This document shows positions 19,387 through 27,742 of a stretch of DNA of 58,775 bases, piece after piece. The notes beneath the pieces were generated by a model, which saw nothing but the letters and a program-made list of their open reading frames with translations, made no database searches and had not been told where the DNA came from. The stretch covers positions 1-58,775 of the forward strand of contig CBHWET010000002.1 of assembly GCA_966112985.1 (NCBI GenBank), written 5' to 3'. A program made the translations under genes and the position numbers. The stretch comes from an uncultured bacterium. Its GTDB lineage: Bacteria > Verrucomicrobiota > Verrucomicrobiia > Limisphaerales > JACDHS01. The stretch's first letter is position 1; each line of letters starts with the position of its first letter.

Positions 19387-20046
19387 TTATGCGACTGCGA
19401 GCGTTGAACCGACTTTCATGACACCGATACCCACAGCGCCAGAGGGAATGACAGCGCCCAACGTTGCGTTCGTTGCGGGCTCCAGCTCTGACACGGAAAG
19501 CAGCATCGAGCCGCGGATCCCGGTCTGGGCTGTCATGTCCTGGCAAGTGAACTTTCCGAACAGAATTGGCCAGACGAGCCGCTTTGCTTTGAACGTTTGA
19601 GTAACAGCCTGGGAGATCGTCAGAACAGATCCCGCAACACCACTGATCTGCCGGGCGTTATAGACGGGCGCCTGCGGATTCGAATCATCGAGAAGAAAAA
19701 TACGATCGCCGTTTGCCCAGGCGGTACCGGAAAGGGATAACGACACTGTGACGTTTGTCACATCAGCAGCGAGTTGCGAAGAACGCCCCCAGTATGGAGC
19801 ACATGCGAGCCCTGACTTCTTCGCAATCATCACCATGTCATCCAGCAAATTCTGTTGAGCGGCCGTCCATGGGGTAACAAGCCAGCTGATTTGGCGCCGC
19901 GGCTCTGCAGTCAGGGCGAACCGCGCTTCGTTTCCTGTGACACCATCCGTGATCTCTGTCTGCCAACGGCGCTGCCAATCCGGTTGCTGGGCCCAGTTCG
20001 CCGGCAAGGAAAGCAAAACGTGATCGTTGATGTATTCGATCGTCAT
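19387..20046 (-). CDS. distal tail protein (g12-like position)
   Basis: 219 aa, lying immediately after the tape-measure gene with an ATGA overlap. Confidence 0.5.
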   Translation of the reverse strand: MTIEYINDHVLLSLPANWAQQPDWQRRWQTEITDGVTGNEARFALTAEPRRQISWLVTPWTAAQQNLLDDMVMIAKKSGLACAPYWGRSSQLAADVTNVTVSLSLSGTAWANGDRIFLLDDSNPQAPVYNARQISGVAGSVLTISQAVTQTFKAKRLVWPILFGKFTCQDMTAQTGIRGSMLLSVSELEPATNATLGAVIPSGAVGIGVMKVGSTLAVA

Positions 20047-22601
20047 GTCGGGATCCCGATTTCAGCTTTCGCAGATTTCACGATCTTGATGATCGAACCG
20101 GCGTGCTGCTCGATCGCGCGTTTCATTTCCGATTCATCACGCACCTGGATGAAAACCATTTTGTGGCCTTCTACATTTACGTCAGGCGATGAATTGCGGA
20201 GACCGGGCAAAGCGCCGGCCGTGCTAGTCGCCGGGCTGGCCAGTCCGGAAGGAATTCCGGATGCGAGATCGCGGGCGCTCAATGCGCCGCTTCGGATGGC
20301 TTCGAAAAAGCTGGAGCCAAATTCGCGAACCCGTTTTGCCGGGATAACGAATTCGCCGTTGGAAAGCATCATCGGAACTTGATCATCTGTCGGACCACCG
20401 GGACCGGAGATTAGCCCGCCGTCTGCAGCAAAGCCTGCAACGATTCCGCTCGCAGCGGCCGCCGCGGCTCCAGTCATGGCCATGCCAGGAGCGACGGTAG
20501 AACCACCGCTGACAATTCCCAGCCAGGTCAAGATCGGGATCGCAATCTTGGCGTAAAGAATCATCGAGAGGATTGTTGAAATGAAATTGGTCAGAATCGA
20601 GAGGCCGAATTCCGCGAATGCCTGTCCGGCGTCTTTGCTTCCCATGATCACGTTTGTGAGCGCGCCGGCTAATCCGTCGACGGCATTCCGGACCATGTTG
20701 ATGGAACTGGTGGCCATCGCCTTGCCAAGGTTGCCCCATTCGTTGCGCAGCTCGATGACGCCGCGCTTAAATGTCCCGAGGAAATTGTCTGAGTTAAGAT
20801 CACGAACCCGCTGCAGTATCTCAACGCGCTGTTGTTCCAGTTCAACTAATTGCTGTTCGGTCTGCAGCTCTTCCTGGGGAGTAAGATTGCCAGAGAGTTT
20901 TTTCTGTTGGTTGTTCCGGATCTGCTCTTCGATCAGGCGGTTCTCTTTTTCGAGCAACGGAAGGAGCTGCTCTTTCTTTTGCTGATCATCGATGTCGCGG
21001 CTGTTCTCGATGCCCTCTCGCGCAGCGCGCAGTTTTGCGAATGCAATTTCAGAGCGAGCTGCAGCCTCTTTGTCCAAAAGTTCCTGACGTTTCTTTGCAT
21101 AAATTTCAGTGACTTTTGTTTTCTCCTGCTCTGCCAACGTGTGATTTAAAATTTCTCGATCGACTTTTTCCTTCAGCTGTTTTTCTTCGGCATCGAGCAG
21201 GGCGATTTTGCTCTTAGTCGCTTCTGCGTGTGCCTTGTCGATCTGCTCGATCAGCTTTTTCGCTTCTTCACTGATGACATTTGCGCTGCCGGCGCTGGTA
21301 GATGCCTGGCCTCCGCTGGCGGATAGAGACTTTGTGCCGGCTGACGCTTTACCTTTTGCAAACAAGTCCAGCGCGCTGCTCCAAAAGCCACTCCACTGGG
21401 ACTTCAAATCGTCGATCGTCTTTGTTCCGATCGCTTTCGCATCACGCCATGTATTCGCGATCCACGAAGTGACACCGTTCACGGAATTGTTTGCGAGAGC
21501 GGCGCCGCTGCTAACGACGTCCTTCACATCCTGCTTTATTTCTCCGACAAAGTGTTTTGCCTCTTTGATGGCGTCTTTGAATTTGCCAGTACTGAGATCG
21601 AGCAGAACGGTCGCAGAGGTCCGGGCGGAATCAGCGAGATCGAGCGTTGTGCGGATCAGTGAATTTAAAATCTGCTGGAGATCTCGGTATACCTGGACGG
21701 CTACTTGTGCTTGGCGAAGGTTTGAATCGAATGCGAACGCGTAATAGTTTCCGATGATTTCGCCCAGAGTTTTGAACGATGTGATCAGTAGATTTACGGC
21801 AACAAGCAAACCCCGAAACATTTCAGCGAGTGTCGACGCAGCGCCGCCCGTTGCGTTTAAGTCCTTTTCCGATTGCTTCAGCCACTTCGTAAATTCATTA
21901 AGCGTCGGCAGTATCTCGTTTGCGAACTGCCTGAAGATCGATTGGAACGTCGATTCCAGCTGAATCATCGTCCGATGGAATGCTGACGCGTTCTCTATAT
22001 CTTCCTGTGAAGGACTTCCGCTCTTTAGCGCTCGTAGCGCATCGGCGCCTTGGTTGAGAAAGGATATCCATTGCCGGCCGCCCCGCCCAAACAGATCCAT
22101 GGCCGCGGCAATTTTTTGAGGTCCGTCTGCCATGCCCTGGAAACGATCCATTGTCTGTTCCAGGATTTGCGTCGTTGGTAAAAGGCGCCCGTTCAGATCA
22201 GTGACCGCAACACCGATATCCCGGAACGTTGCGGCGCTCTGTCCGCCAACTTTCACGGCCTGGAAAATGCGATCGCTGAAAAAACCAAGCCCAAGATCTA
22301 CCTGCTCGAACGAAAGTTTCGTTTCCTTCGCCAACTTTTTTACACCGTTCAGCTCAGTGATGAGCATGCCGGTGTTTTCAGCCAGGTCTCCCATGGCGAC
22401 TTCAGCTTGAATCGCTTTTTCGGTGAACTGGACGATTGCACCAACGCTAAAAAGCAGCGCGAGTTTCTTACCGATCTCAGATGCAAGGTCGCCAATCTTT
22501 GTAATCTTTTCCAAGCCGTGCGACATGCCGCCGAAAAAGTCCTGCAGCTTAGCTGCAGCTTCGGCCGTGTGTGCGTCGACTGTGATTGATACTCGCGACA
22601 T
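20043..22601 (-). CDS. tail tape measure protein
   Basis: 852 aa, with long coiled-coil segments rich in Ala, Gln and Glu, and a Gly-rich hydrophobic segment (GIVSGGSTVAPGMAMTGAAAAAASG). It follows the chaperone pair. Confidence 0.85.
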   Translation of the reverse strand: MSRVSITVDAHTAEAAAKLQDFFGGMSHGLEKITKIGDLASEIGKKLALLFSVGAIVQFTEKAIQAEVAMGDLAENTGMLITELNGVKKLAKETKLSFEQVDLGLGFFSDRIFQAVKVGGQSAATFRDIGVAVTDLNGRLLPTTQILEQTMDRFQGMADGPQKIAAAMDLFGRGGRQWISFLNQGADALRALKSGSPSQEDIENASAFHRTMIQLESTFQSIFRQFANEILPTLNEFTKWLKQSEKDLNATGGAASTLAEMFRGLLVAVNLLITSFKTLGEIIGNYYAFAFDSNLRQAQVAVQVYRDLQQILNSLIRTTLDLADSARTSATVLLDLSTGKFKDAIKEAKHFVGEIKQDVKDVVSSGAALANNSVNGVTSWIANTWRDAKAIGTKTIDDLKSQWSGFWSSALDLFAKGKASAGTKSLSASGGQASTSAGSANVISEEAKKLIEQIDKAHAEATKSKIALLDAEEKQLKEKVDREILNHTLAEQEKTKVTEIYAKKRQELLDKEAAARSEIAFAKLRAAREGIENSRDIDDQQKKEQLLPLLEKENRLIEEQIRNNQQKKLSGNLTPQEELQTEQQLVELEQQRVEILQRVRDLNSDNFLGTFKRGVIELRNEWGNLGKAMATSSINMVRNAVDGLAGALTNVIMGSKDAGQAFAEFGLSILTNFISTILSMILYAKIAIPILTWLGIVSGGSTVAPGMAMTGAAAAAASGIVAGFAADGGLISGPGGPTDDQVPMMLSNGEFVIPAKRVREFGSSFFEAIRSGALSARDLASGIPSGLASPATSTAGALPGLRNSSPDVNVEGHKMVFIQVRDESEMKRAIEQHAGSIIKIVKSAKAEIGIPT

Positions 22602-22607
22602 TTACTT

Positions 22608-23203
22608 TTAGATCGGAGCGCCTTTGCCGGCCGCTCCGTCGCTATACATCCGCGTTAATCGCTTGCTGGCCGCCTTGGTGAAGTGATCGAACTGCAACAA
22701 CGTGTACCGTTCGATCTGCTCCCAGTCATGGCCTTGCCAGATCAGAAAATCTATGCGCTCAGCTATTTCTGAGTCTTCGTCGCCAGCTTCTTCGGCATCA
22801 TGTTGCTGAGCGCGCCGGCGAGACCGTTTCCCAGTTCTAAAACTTCCGGGCTGAGATTTTGTTCCAATGCTGCTTTCAGCAGGGCGAGACCTTCGGCCAG
22901 GGAACGCTCTTCGAGCCAGGCCGCGTCTTTCTTCGTTGAATTGAGAATGACGAACGCCATCAGCTCAGAGGACTGCTGAAGAATGTCCTGGAGCGGATCG
23001 AGATTGAGATGCACGGTTGCGCCGGCAGCGGTTTTTTCCGTGTTATAAAGTTTGAACTTGCCGTTTTTTTCGAACAGCTGATCGGCGATCTTTCCGATCT
23101 GTTTCAGAAACTCCAGCGCCTTCAAAAAAGGCATTTGTTTGACAACGACTTTTGTATCATCAGCCAGTGTGAGTTCGGTTCCGGGATTTGTAATCTTCAG
23201 CAT
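22608..23203 (-). CDS. tail assembly chaperone frameshift product (GT-like)
   Basis: The -1 frame stays open from the slippery site across the G stop to a TAA at 22608-22610. It adds about 74 aa (…DFLIWQGHDWEQIERYTLLQFDHF…) and ends 6 nt before the tape-measure ATG. Confidence 0.6.
22763..23203 (-). CDS. tail assembly chaperone (G-like)
   Basis: 146-aa acidic ORF lying between the tube gene and the tape measure. Confidence 0.7.
   Translation of the reverse strand: MLKITNPGTELTLADDTKVVVKQMPFLKALEFLKQIGKIADQLFEKNGKFKLYNTEKTAAGATVHLNLDPLQDILQQSSELMAFVILNSTKKDAAWLEERSLAEGLALLKAALEQNLSPEVLELGNGLAGALSNMMPKKLATKTQK
22826..22832 (-). promoter_or_regulatory. -1 programmed frameshift slippery heptamer G GGA AAC
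   Basis: In the zero frame the sequence reads CTG GGA AAC GGT, a canonical X XXY YYZ heptamer one base different from the lambda G/GT site GGGAAAG. Confidence 0.6.
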
Positions 23204-23238
23204 AAGCGTGAACGTGATTTGTGAATGTTTGAGCCGTC

Positions 23239-23949
23239 CTAATCTCTCGAAAGAACAACCGGCTCGGACAGGGCCAGTAGTTCCAAAGTGAATTCATTTA
23301 TCTTTTGCCCGTCGTTGTCGCCCCAATCGGAAGTGCGGATCTCTGCAGAGAAAGAGATCTTGCCGGCCGGACCAGCGTTGTGCTGATCGTAAAGGATGAT
23401 TATTGCGGTACCGCGAACGAACGCTTCAGAAAGCATCGTGTAGTTTTTGATCGCCGGTGCGTCAAACGTCACAGTCAGCGGACCTTCAAGACCATTCAAC
23501 CAGGCTTCACTGATTGGCGTGATGGTTCCGTTTTCACTGTCGACTTGATATTCTACGCCTTCGGCTCCGCCAACCGGGTTGGTGACAACGACATTTGAAA
23601 TCCACTTGTAGCCGAGATCGATGGCTTCATTTAAAACGGGATCCATCTCCTGGACTTCGTGCTCTTCAACGGCCGCCTGATCGACGTTCTCTGTTGCGAG
23701 GTTCAGCAAACGGAGTTGAGGCCCCAGCTGTTCATCGAGCTTGAATGACCAGCGCGGATCCACTTTGCCGATCGCTTCGCGCGTTACGCGCATTCGGCCT
23801 TTGTCAGCGGTGAGTTGTTGGGCACGATCAAGCTTTGGCTCCTGCTTCGTGAGCATGACGTTGCCCAGATCAACGTAGTCGGCGCCGATCCTTTGAAAGA
23901 ACAGGCGGCCGGTTAACTTTTTGCGCGCTGCGACGTTTCCGATTTGCAT
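23239..23949 (-). CDS. major tail (tube)-like protein, paralog B
   Basis: The ATG at 23949 gives MQIGNVAARKK, colinear with the upstream paralog (shared LNKQEPK.DRAQQLTA.KG and SDWGD.DGQK.NE.TL.LL). The ORF-track start at 24057 adds a non-homologous 36 aa. Confidence 0.6.
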   Translation of the reverse strand: MQIGNVAARKKLTGRLFFQRIGADYVDLGNVMLTKQEPKLDRAQQLTADKGRMRVTREAIGKVDPRWSFKLDEQLGPQLRLLNLATENVDQAAVEEHEVQEMDPVLNEAIDLGYKWISNVVVTNPVGGAEGVEYQVDSENGTITPISEAWLNGLEGPLTVTFDAPAIKNYTMLSEAFVRGTAIIILYDQHNAGPAGKISFSAEIRTSDWGDNDGQKINEFTLELLALSEPVVLSRD

Positions 23950-24072
23950 AACGATTGGCGGAGAGCTTTTTTGTTGAGCGTTTAAATGTTCGGGAGGAAA
24001 GGCACCCAGGCAGAGCGCCACACAGTAAACCCACCTCAAAACTGAATAGCGGCTCATACCTGGGTGAATTGG

Positions 24073-24795
24073 TTAAGTGAGTTCGAGCGACTGAACGACT
24101 GGCGCATCGATCGAAAGCAACATCAGCGTTGACTCGTTGTACTTCTGCCCGTCGTGATCACCCCAATCAGAGACATATAGTTCACCGTGGAACGTCACGA
24201 TTTCGCGGGGCGTCGTAGTGTTCTGATCGAACGTCAGCAAGCGGACGTACACGCGCTTGAACGTCTTTGTCAGCGATGTGTATTGGCTGAACGTCAGAGC
24301 TGCCTTGGTAAACGTTCCGGCGATGCTGGAGTTGTCAGCGATGTTTCCACCAACGACGATCGTGATCATGCCGCTGCCGAGATCGACGGTGTAGTCGGTG
24401 TTCAGCGTCTTGCTGGTGACAACGAACACGGACAAAGCCATTGCGCCAACGTAGTAGCTATAGCCTTGCTTCACGCTGGAGATGGACCACGCGACGGCCG
24501 CTCCGGAGGATTGCGTCACCGTGCTGGGCGCGTCTGCCAGGTGCAACAGCCCGATAAGATCGTTGTGATGTTCGTCAGCTTTGACGGACCAGCGAAGATC
24601 GACTTTGCTGGGCTCTTCGTGTGTCACCTGCAGATAACCTTTTTGCGCGGTGAGTTGCTGTGCGCGGTCTACTTTCGGCTCCTGCTTGTTCAACAGCACG
24701 TTGCCGAAATTGCGGAACGCGGTTGGTGTCGCATCGTCAGCGATAAAGAGCTGCGCAGTTACTTTTCTGCGCGTGCGGAAATCTCCAATTTGCAT
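24073..24795 (-). CDS. major tail (tube)-like protein, paralog A
   Basis: 240 aa starting MQIGDFRTRRK and ending …YVSDWGDHDGQKYNESTLMLLSIDAPVV. It lies after the head-completion genes. Confidence 0.6.
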   Translation of the reverse strand: MQIGDFRTRRKVTAQLFIADDATPTAFRNFGNVLLNKQEPKVDRAQQLTAQKGYLQVTHEEPSKVDLRWSVKADEHHNDLIGLLHLADAPSTVTQSSGAAVAWSISSVKQGYSYYVGAMALSVFVVTSKTLNTDYTVDLGSGMITIVVGGNIADNSSIAGTFTKAALTFSQYTSLTKTFKRVYVRLLTFDQNTTTPREIVTFHGELYVSDWGDHDGQKYNESTLMLLSIDAPVVQSLELT

Positions 24796-24829
24796 AATTC
24801 AGTTTCGCGATATCTGAGCGTGTGAACGT

Positions 24830-24994
24830 TTACTTCGCGGCCTGCTTGGCGGCTGGCTTTTCGGAAACGACTTCCGCTGCGAGTTTCTTTTCGATGAGGA
24901 AGTTGGCGAAGTCCTCCTTCACCTCCAACTCAGTGCCCTTCTTGTGGAAGGCGCCATCGATGTGTTGATCTTGTGTCAGACTGATTTTTTTCAT
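24830..24994 (-). CDS. 54-aa protein absent from the ORF track, FluMu gp35 N-domain-like
   Basis: ATG..TAA ORF translating to MKKISLTQDQHIDGAFHKKGTELEVKEDFANFLIEKKLAAEVVSEKPAAKQAAK. It is paralogous to residues 1-45 of the 27024-27674 product. Confidence 0.5.
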   Translation of the reverse strand: MKKISLTQDQHIDGAFHKKGTELEVKEDFANFLIEKKLAAEVVSEKPAAKQAAK

Positions 24995-25018
24995 GATTTG
25001 CAGTTACGGTTTGAGCAT

Positions 25019-25543
25019 TTAACGAACGGTGAACAGGCGATCGCCGGCTTCGGCGCGCCATGACATTTGCCATGCGATGCGTCCCCGCGCTTCGCCGGGC
25101 TTGATAGACTGGATGGATGATCCGCCCAGGGGAACGAGCCGGATCAGCCGCGGATTGAAATTGAGATTCTGCGCCGTCATCTGTTCTTCCAGCGAATCCT
25201 TGATGTTGATCAGCCCGATGACTTTATCGGTACCAACGAGCGCCCCTTTTCCGGACGTGTATTCCTGGTCTGTCATGAGAAGCACAAATTCGCGTGTGCC
25301 TTTTACCTTCAGTTCCGAACCTTGAATTTCTGTCGTGAATTCATCGGCGCTGGGAACGATTACGCACACGCGGCTGTTGTACGCTCGCAGATCGGCGATC
25401 GCTTTCAGCAGGTCGGAACTGGGATACGGTTCCACTTTTTCGAATAATGGAACGCCGGCCGTGTACTCGAGTGCAGCGATCCGCTCCTTCAACGCATCGA
25501 GCAGCGCCGACGTACGAATAAATTTGTTATCGTTCGCGCTCAT
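25019..25543 (-). CDS. head-completion/neck protein (Mu gp37-like position)
   Basis: 174 aa, ATGA-coupled to the gp36-like gene. Confidence 0.4.
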   Translation of the reverse strand: MSANDNKFIRTSALLDALKERIAALEYTAGVPLFEKVEPYPSSDLLKAIADLRAYNSRVCVIVPSADEFTTEIQGSELKVKGTREFVLLMTDQEYTSGKGALVGTDKVIGLINIKDSLEEQMTAQNLNFNPRLIRLVPLGGSSIQSIKPGEARGRIAWQMSWRAEAGDRLFTVR

Positions 25544-25920
25544 CGTGTCCTGATTTGTTTTGAGCTTCCCCAGGCTCCGGTTCCGCCCGTGTTTTGCGGC
25601 GCTGGATTTGCGAGCGGAAGATCTGGAAAGGCACCGTCCCGGATTTCGCGAAGTTCGCGCATGGCGTCATCTTTCGCTTTCACTTGGGAATCGGATGCAC
25701 CGTTGATCTGCGAATGCAGTTCGAACATCACGAGCGGCTTCAGCAATCCCAGAATGCGATCGGATGTCAGCACGTACCGTTTCGTGTAATCCGTAACGGT
25801 TTGTGTCGCCCCGGCAATCGCATCGGCGATCGGATCTGGCTTGTTTGCATTCGCCAGGTTGCTGGTGATCTGATCGATTTCAGCCTGGCTGATCCCGAGA
25901 TCTGAAGCGCTGTAGCTCAT
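25540..25920 (-). CDS. head-tail adaptor, DUF1320 / Mu gp36-like
   Basis: 126 aa starting MSYSASDLG...EIDQIT, continuing ...TDYTKRYVL and ending ...LREIRDGAFPDL, which fits the DUF1320 pattern. Confidence 0.6.
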   Translation of the reverse strand: MSYSASDLGISQAEIDQITSNLANANKPDPIADAIAGATQTVTDYTKRYVLTSDRILGLLKPLVMFELHSQINGASDSQVKAKDDAMRELREIRDGAFPDLPLANPAPQNTGGTGAWGSSKQIRTR

Positions 25921-26154
25921 TTATTTCGCAACGGGTGCAGCAACGACAGCAGCGCGGACAACCTTCACCTTGACGCAACGCGGACCGCGGTCTGTCTCTG
26001 AGATGTCGCACGTAACCTCATCGCCAGTGCCGAGCTTTTTCACCCCGGTTTGTTTGAGGTCTTTAACGTGGACAAAAATTTCGCGGCGGTCCTTCAGGCG
26101 AATGAAGCCGTAACCTTTTTCTTCGTTGTAGAATTTAACTGTGCCTTCGAGCAT
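25921..26154 (-). CDS. cold-shock domain protein (CspA family)
   Basis: GTVKFYNEEKGYGFI (RNP1-like) and IFVHV (RNP2-like). 77 aa, abutting the adaptor gene with no gap. Confidence 0.85.
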   Translation of the reverse strand: MLEGTVKFYNEEKGYGFIRLKDRREIFVHVKDLKQTGVKKLGTGDEVTCDISETDRGPRCVKVKVVRAAVVAAPVAK

Positions 26155-26164
26155 AAAATGAAAA

Positions 26165-26347
26165 TTAGTGTTTCGTGCAGGAACACGGCCGGTATTGCAG
26201 GCCGTTGTCGGTCTTAACTAGCTGGCCGTTATGTCCGCGCCCTTTGCACTTCGGGCACTTCGATTCGGGCTCTTTGTCGAGTGGAATGAATCCGGGCGGA
26301 ACCTGTCCCGCGGGAAACGTTGAAATCAATCCGGTTGTTGGACACAT
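26165..26347 (-). CDS. small zinc-ribbon protein
   Basis: 60 aa with CPKCKGRG ... CSCTKH. Confidence 0.5.
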   Translation of the reverse strand: MCPTTGLISTFPAGQVPPGFIPLDKEPESKCPKCKGRGHNGQLVKTDNGLQYRPCSCTKH

Positions 26348-26377
26348 ACGCTTTGAGCTTTCTTTTGTTTTTTAAAA

Positions 26378-26412
26378 ACGCCGGCGTCTGACTTGCGCCC
26401 GATCGCCGGCGT
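26378..26412 (-). terminator. intrinsic terminator inside the late arm
   Basis: On the minus strand, the 9-bp GC stem acgccggcg/cgccggcgt with a 17-nt loop is followed by TTTTAAAAAAC. Confidence 0.55.
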
Positions 26413-26434
26413 CACTTATGGCTTTACGGGACGA

Positions 26435-26938
26435 TCAACTTAAAAACGGGATGTAACGGATCGGGATTGGCGCTGTTACACGCGTGCGCAATGGTTCAAC
26501 ATCGGCAAACCACGGCAGCTCCTGCAGTGTTCCAGGACTGTCCGGCGGCGCGATGTGCGATAAACCGATTGCAGCATCGATGTCGTTGGCTTCGTTGCGA
26601 TCGGGCGCTCTTCCGTATTCGTGGTGAGCTGGATCCGATTGCGTGAACAACGTATGCGTGTCGGCGGCCGGAGTTTCATCCGGGACCAAAACGGCAACGA
26701 TAATCACGTCGGCTTCAGACTCCACAACGTAGGCCGCCAACGCTTCAGCGGCTGCAGGTGAGTTGTCCGAGACGATCACGAGATCAACTGCAGGAGTGTC
26801 GGCCTGGCTGATCTCCGGAAGATCCGGAACGGTGCTTTGTTGTTCTGCGTGTACCAATGGAACCGACATGAGCAAGGCCGTCGCGACAAGCGACAGCAAG
26901 AAACAGGATCGATTTTTAGTTTTCATTTGTTCTGCCAT
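26435..26938 (-). CDS. secreted acidic protein (moron-like)
   Basis: 167 aa with signal peptide KNRSCFLLSLVATALLMSVPLVHA, then an Asp/Glu/Pro/Ala-rich region. Confidence 0.55.
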   Translation of the reverse strand: MAEQMKTKNRSCFLLSLVATALLMSVPLVHAEQQSTVPDLPEISQADTPAVDLVIVSDNSPAAAEALAAYVVESEADVIIVAVLVPDETPAADTHTLFTQSDPAHHEYGRAPDRNEANDIDAAIGLSHIAPPDSPGTLQELPWFADVEPLRTRVTAPIPIRYIPFLS

Positions 26939-27023
26939 TTACGTTTGAGCGTTTTTCTTGGTTGTGTTTCAGGGGGCTAAGATTGGGCGACGCCATGCGG
27001 CGCCGCCCAAAAGTTCGGATGTT

Positions 27024-27674
27024 TTAGTTGCTGATCACGGCGACAGCATTCGTGAAGAAAATGTTGTTCGTCGGATCTGCAGCACTGCGCACGCGGACGG
27101 CTTTCCACTTCACGCAATTGTCCGTCAGCGTTGCGGGGAAGTTGGTGAACCCGGTGACGCCAGCCGTTTTATTCGCGCTCGCAGTCAACGTGATGTAGTT
27201 CGTCGTCGCGTACGTCGTGCCGTCATAGGTTGGTGCGAAGTCGATAGAGATCGCATCGGTGGTGGCAGCGTTGGTTCCCGCGAAAGTAACAAAGGCCGAA
27301 AAGCCTTTACCGCGGGGAACGGTGAATGCGGTCGACGTCGTCAGGTTGCTGACGGCCCCGCCGGTAACTTTCGTTGGCAACGCGATCGCGTTCGTCGTGA
27401 CCAGCGCTGTCAATCCATCGAGAGCGACAGCCTTTGGCGCGCTGCAGAAGAACGACAGCAGGAATGCCAGGATGATCAGCGCAGCGGCGCCGCCATTCTT
27501 TTTTGTTTTTCCTTTGGTGTCCTCTTCGCCTGGCTTGGCGTCCGCCTTCGCTTCTTCGGCATAGCCGCCCTTGATCAGCGCAGCTGCGATCGCGTCGGTA
27601 ACTTCTACGACCTGGTCTTTCTTGTAGTGTTCGCCGTGGGCGATCACGTTCTTGAGAATTTTAACTTTTTTCAC
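27024..27674 (-). CDS. gp35-N-like domain, charged linker, hydrophobic segment and beta-rich domain
   Basis: 216 aa with a GTG start. The N-terminus is MKKVKILKNVIAHGEHYKKDQVVEV..ALIKGGYAEE, followed by a Lys/Glu linker, AAALIILAFLLSFFCSA, and a Thr/Ala-rich beta region. Confidence 0.55.
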   Translation of the reverse strand: MKKVKILKNVIAHGEHYKKDQVVEVTDAIAAALIKGGYAEEAKADAKPGEEDTKGKTKKNGGAAALIILAFLLSFFCSAPKAVALDGLTALVTTNAIALPTKVTGGAVSNLTTSTAFTVPRGKGFSAFVTFAGTNAATTDAISIDFAPTYDGTTYATTNYITLTASANKTAGVTGFTNFPATLTDNCVKWKAVRVRSAADPTNNIFFTNAVAVISN

Positions 27675-27706
27675 AGTTTTATTTTTGTTTGTGCGTTGAT
27701 GAATTC

Positions 27707-27735
27707 GGGCGCCGGCTGATCATCAGCCAGCGCCC
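27707..27735 (-). other. 14-bp hairpin immediately 3' of the capsid gene
   Basis: gggcgccggctgat / atcagccagcgccc with 13/14 positions paired. There is no U-tract. It may act as an mRNA stabiliser or attenuator. Confidence 0.4.
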
Positions 27736-27742
27736 ACAGTGC

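Noticed and set aside
20383-22611. Multiple 60-180-aa ORFs on both strands inside the tape-measure gene
   Set aside because: All lie within the continuous 852-aa tape-measure frame. They are low-complexity shadow frames.
26958-27719. 253-aa plus-strand ORF in the head module
   Set aside because: It is an Arg-rich, low-complexity translation antisense to 27024-27674. All surrounding genes are on the minus strand and are translationally coupled.
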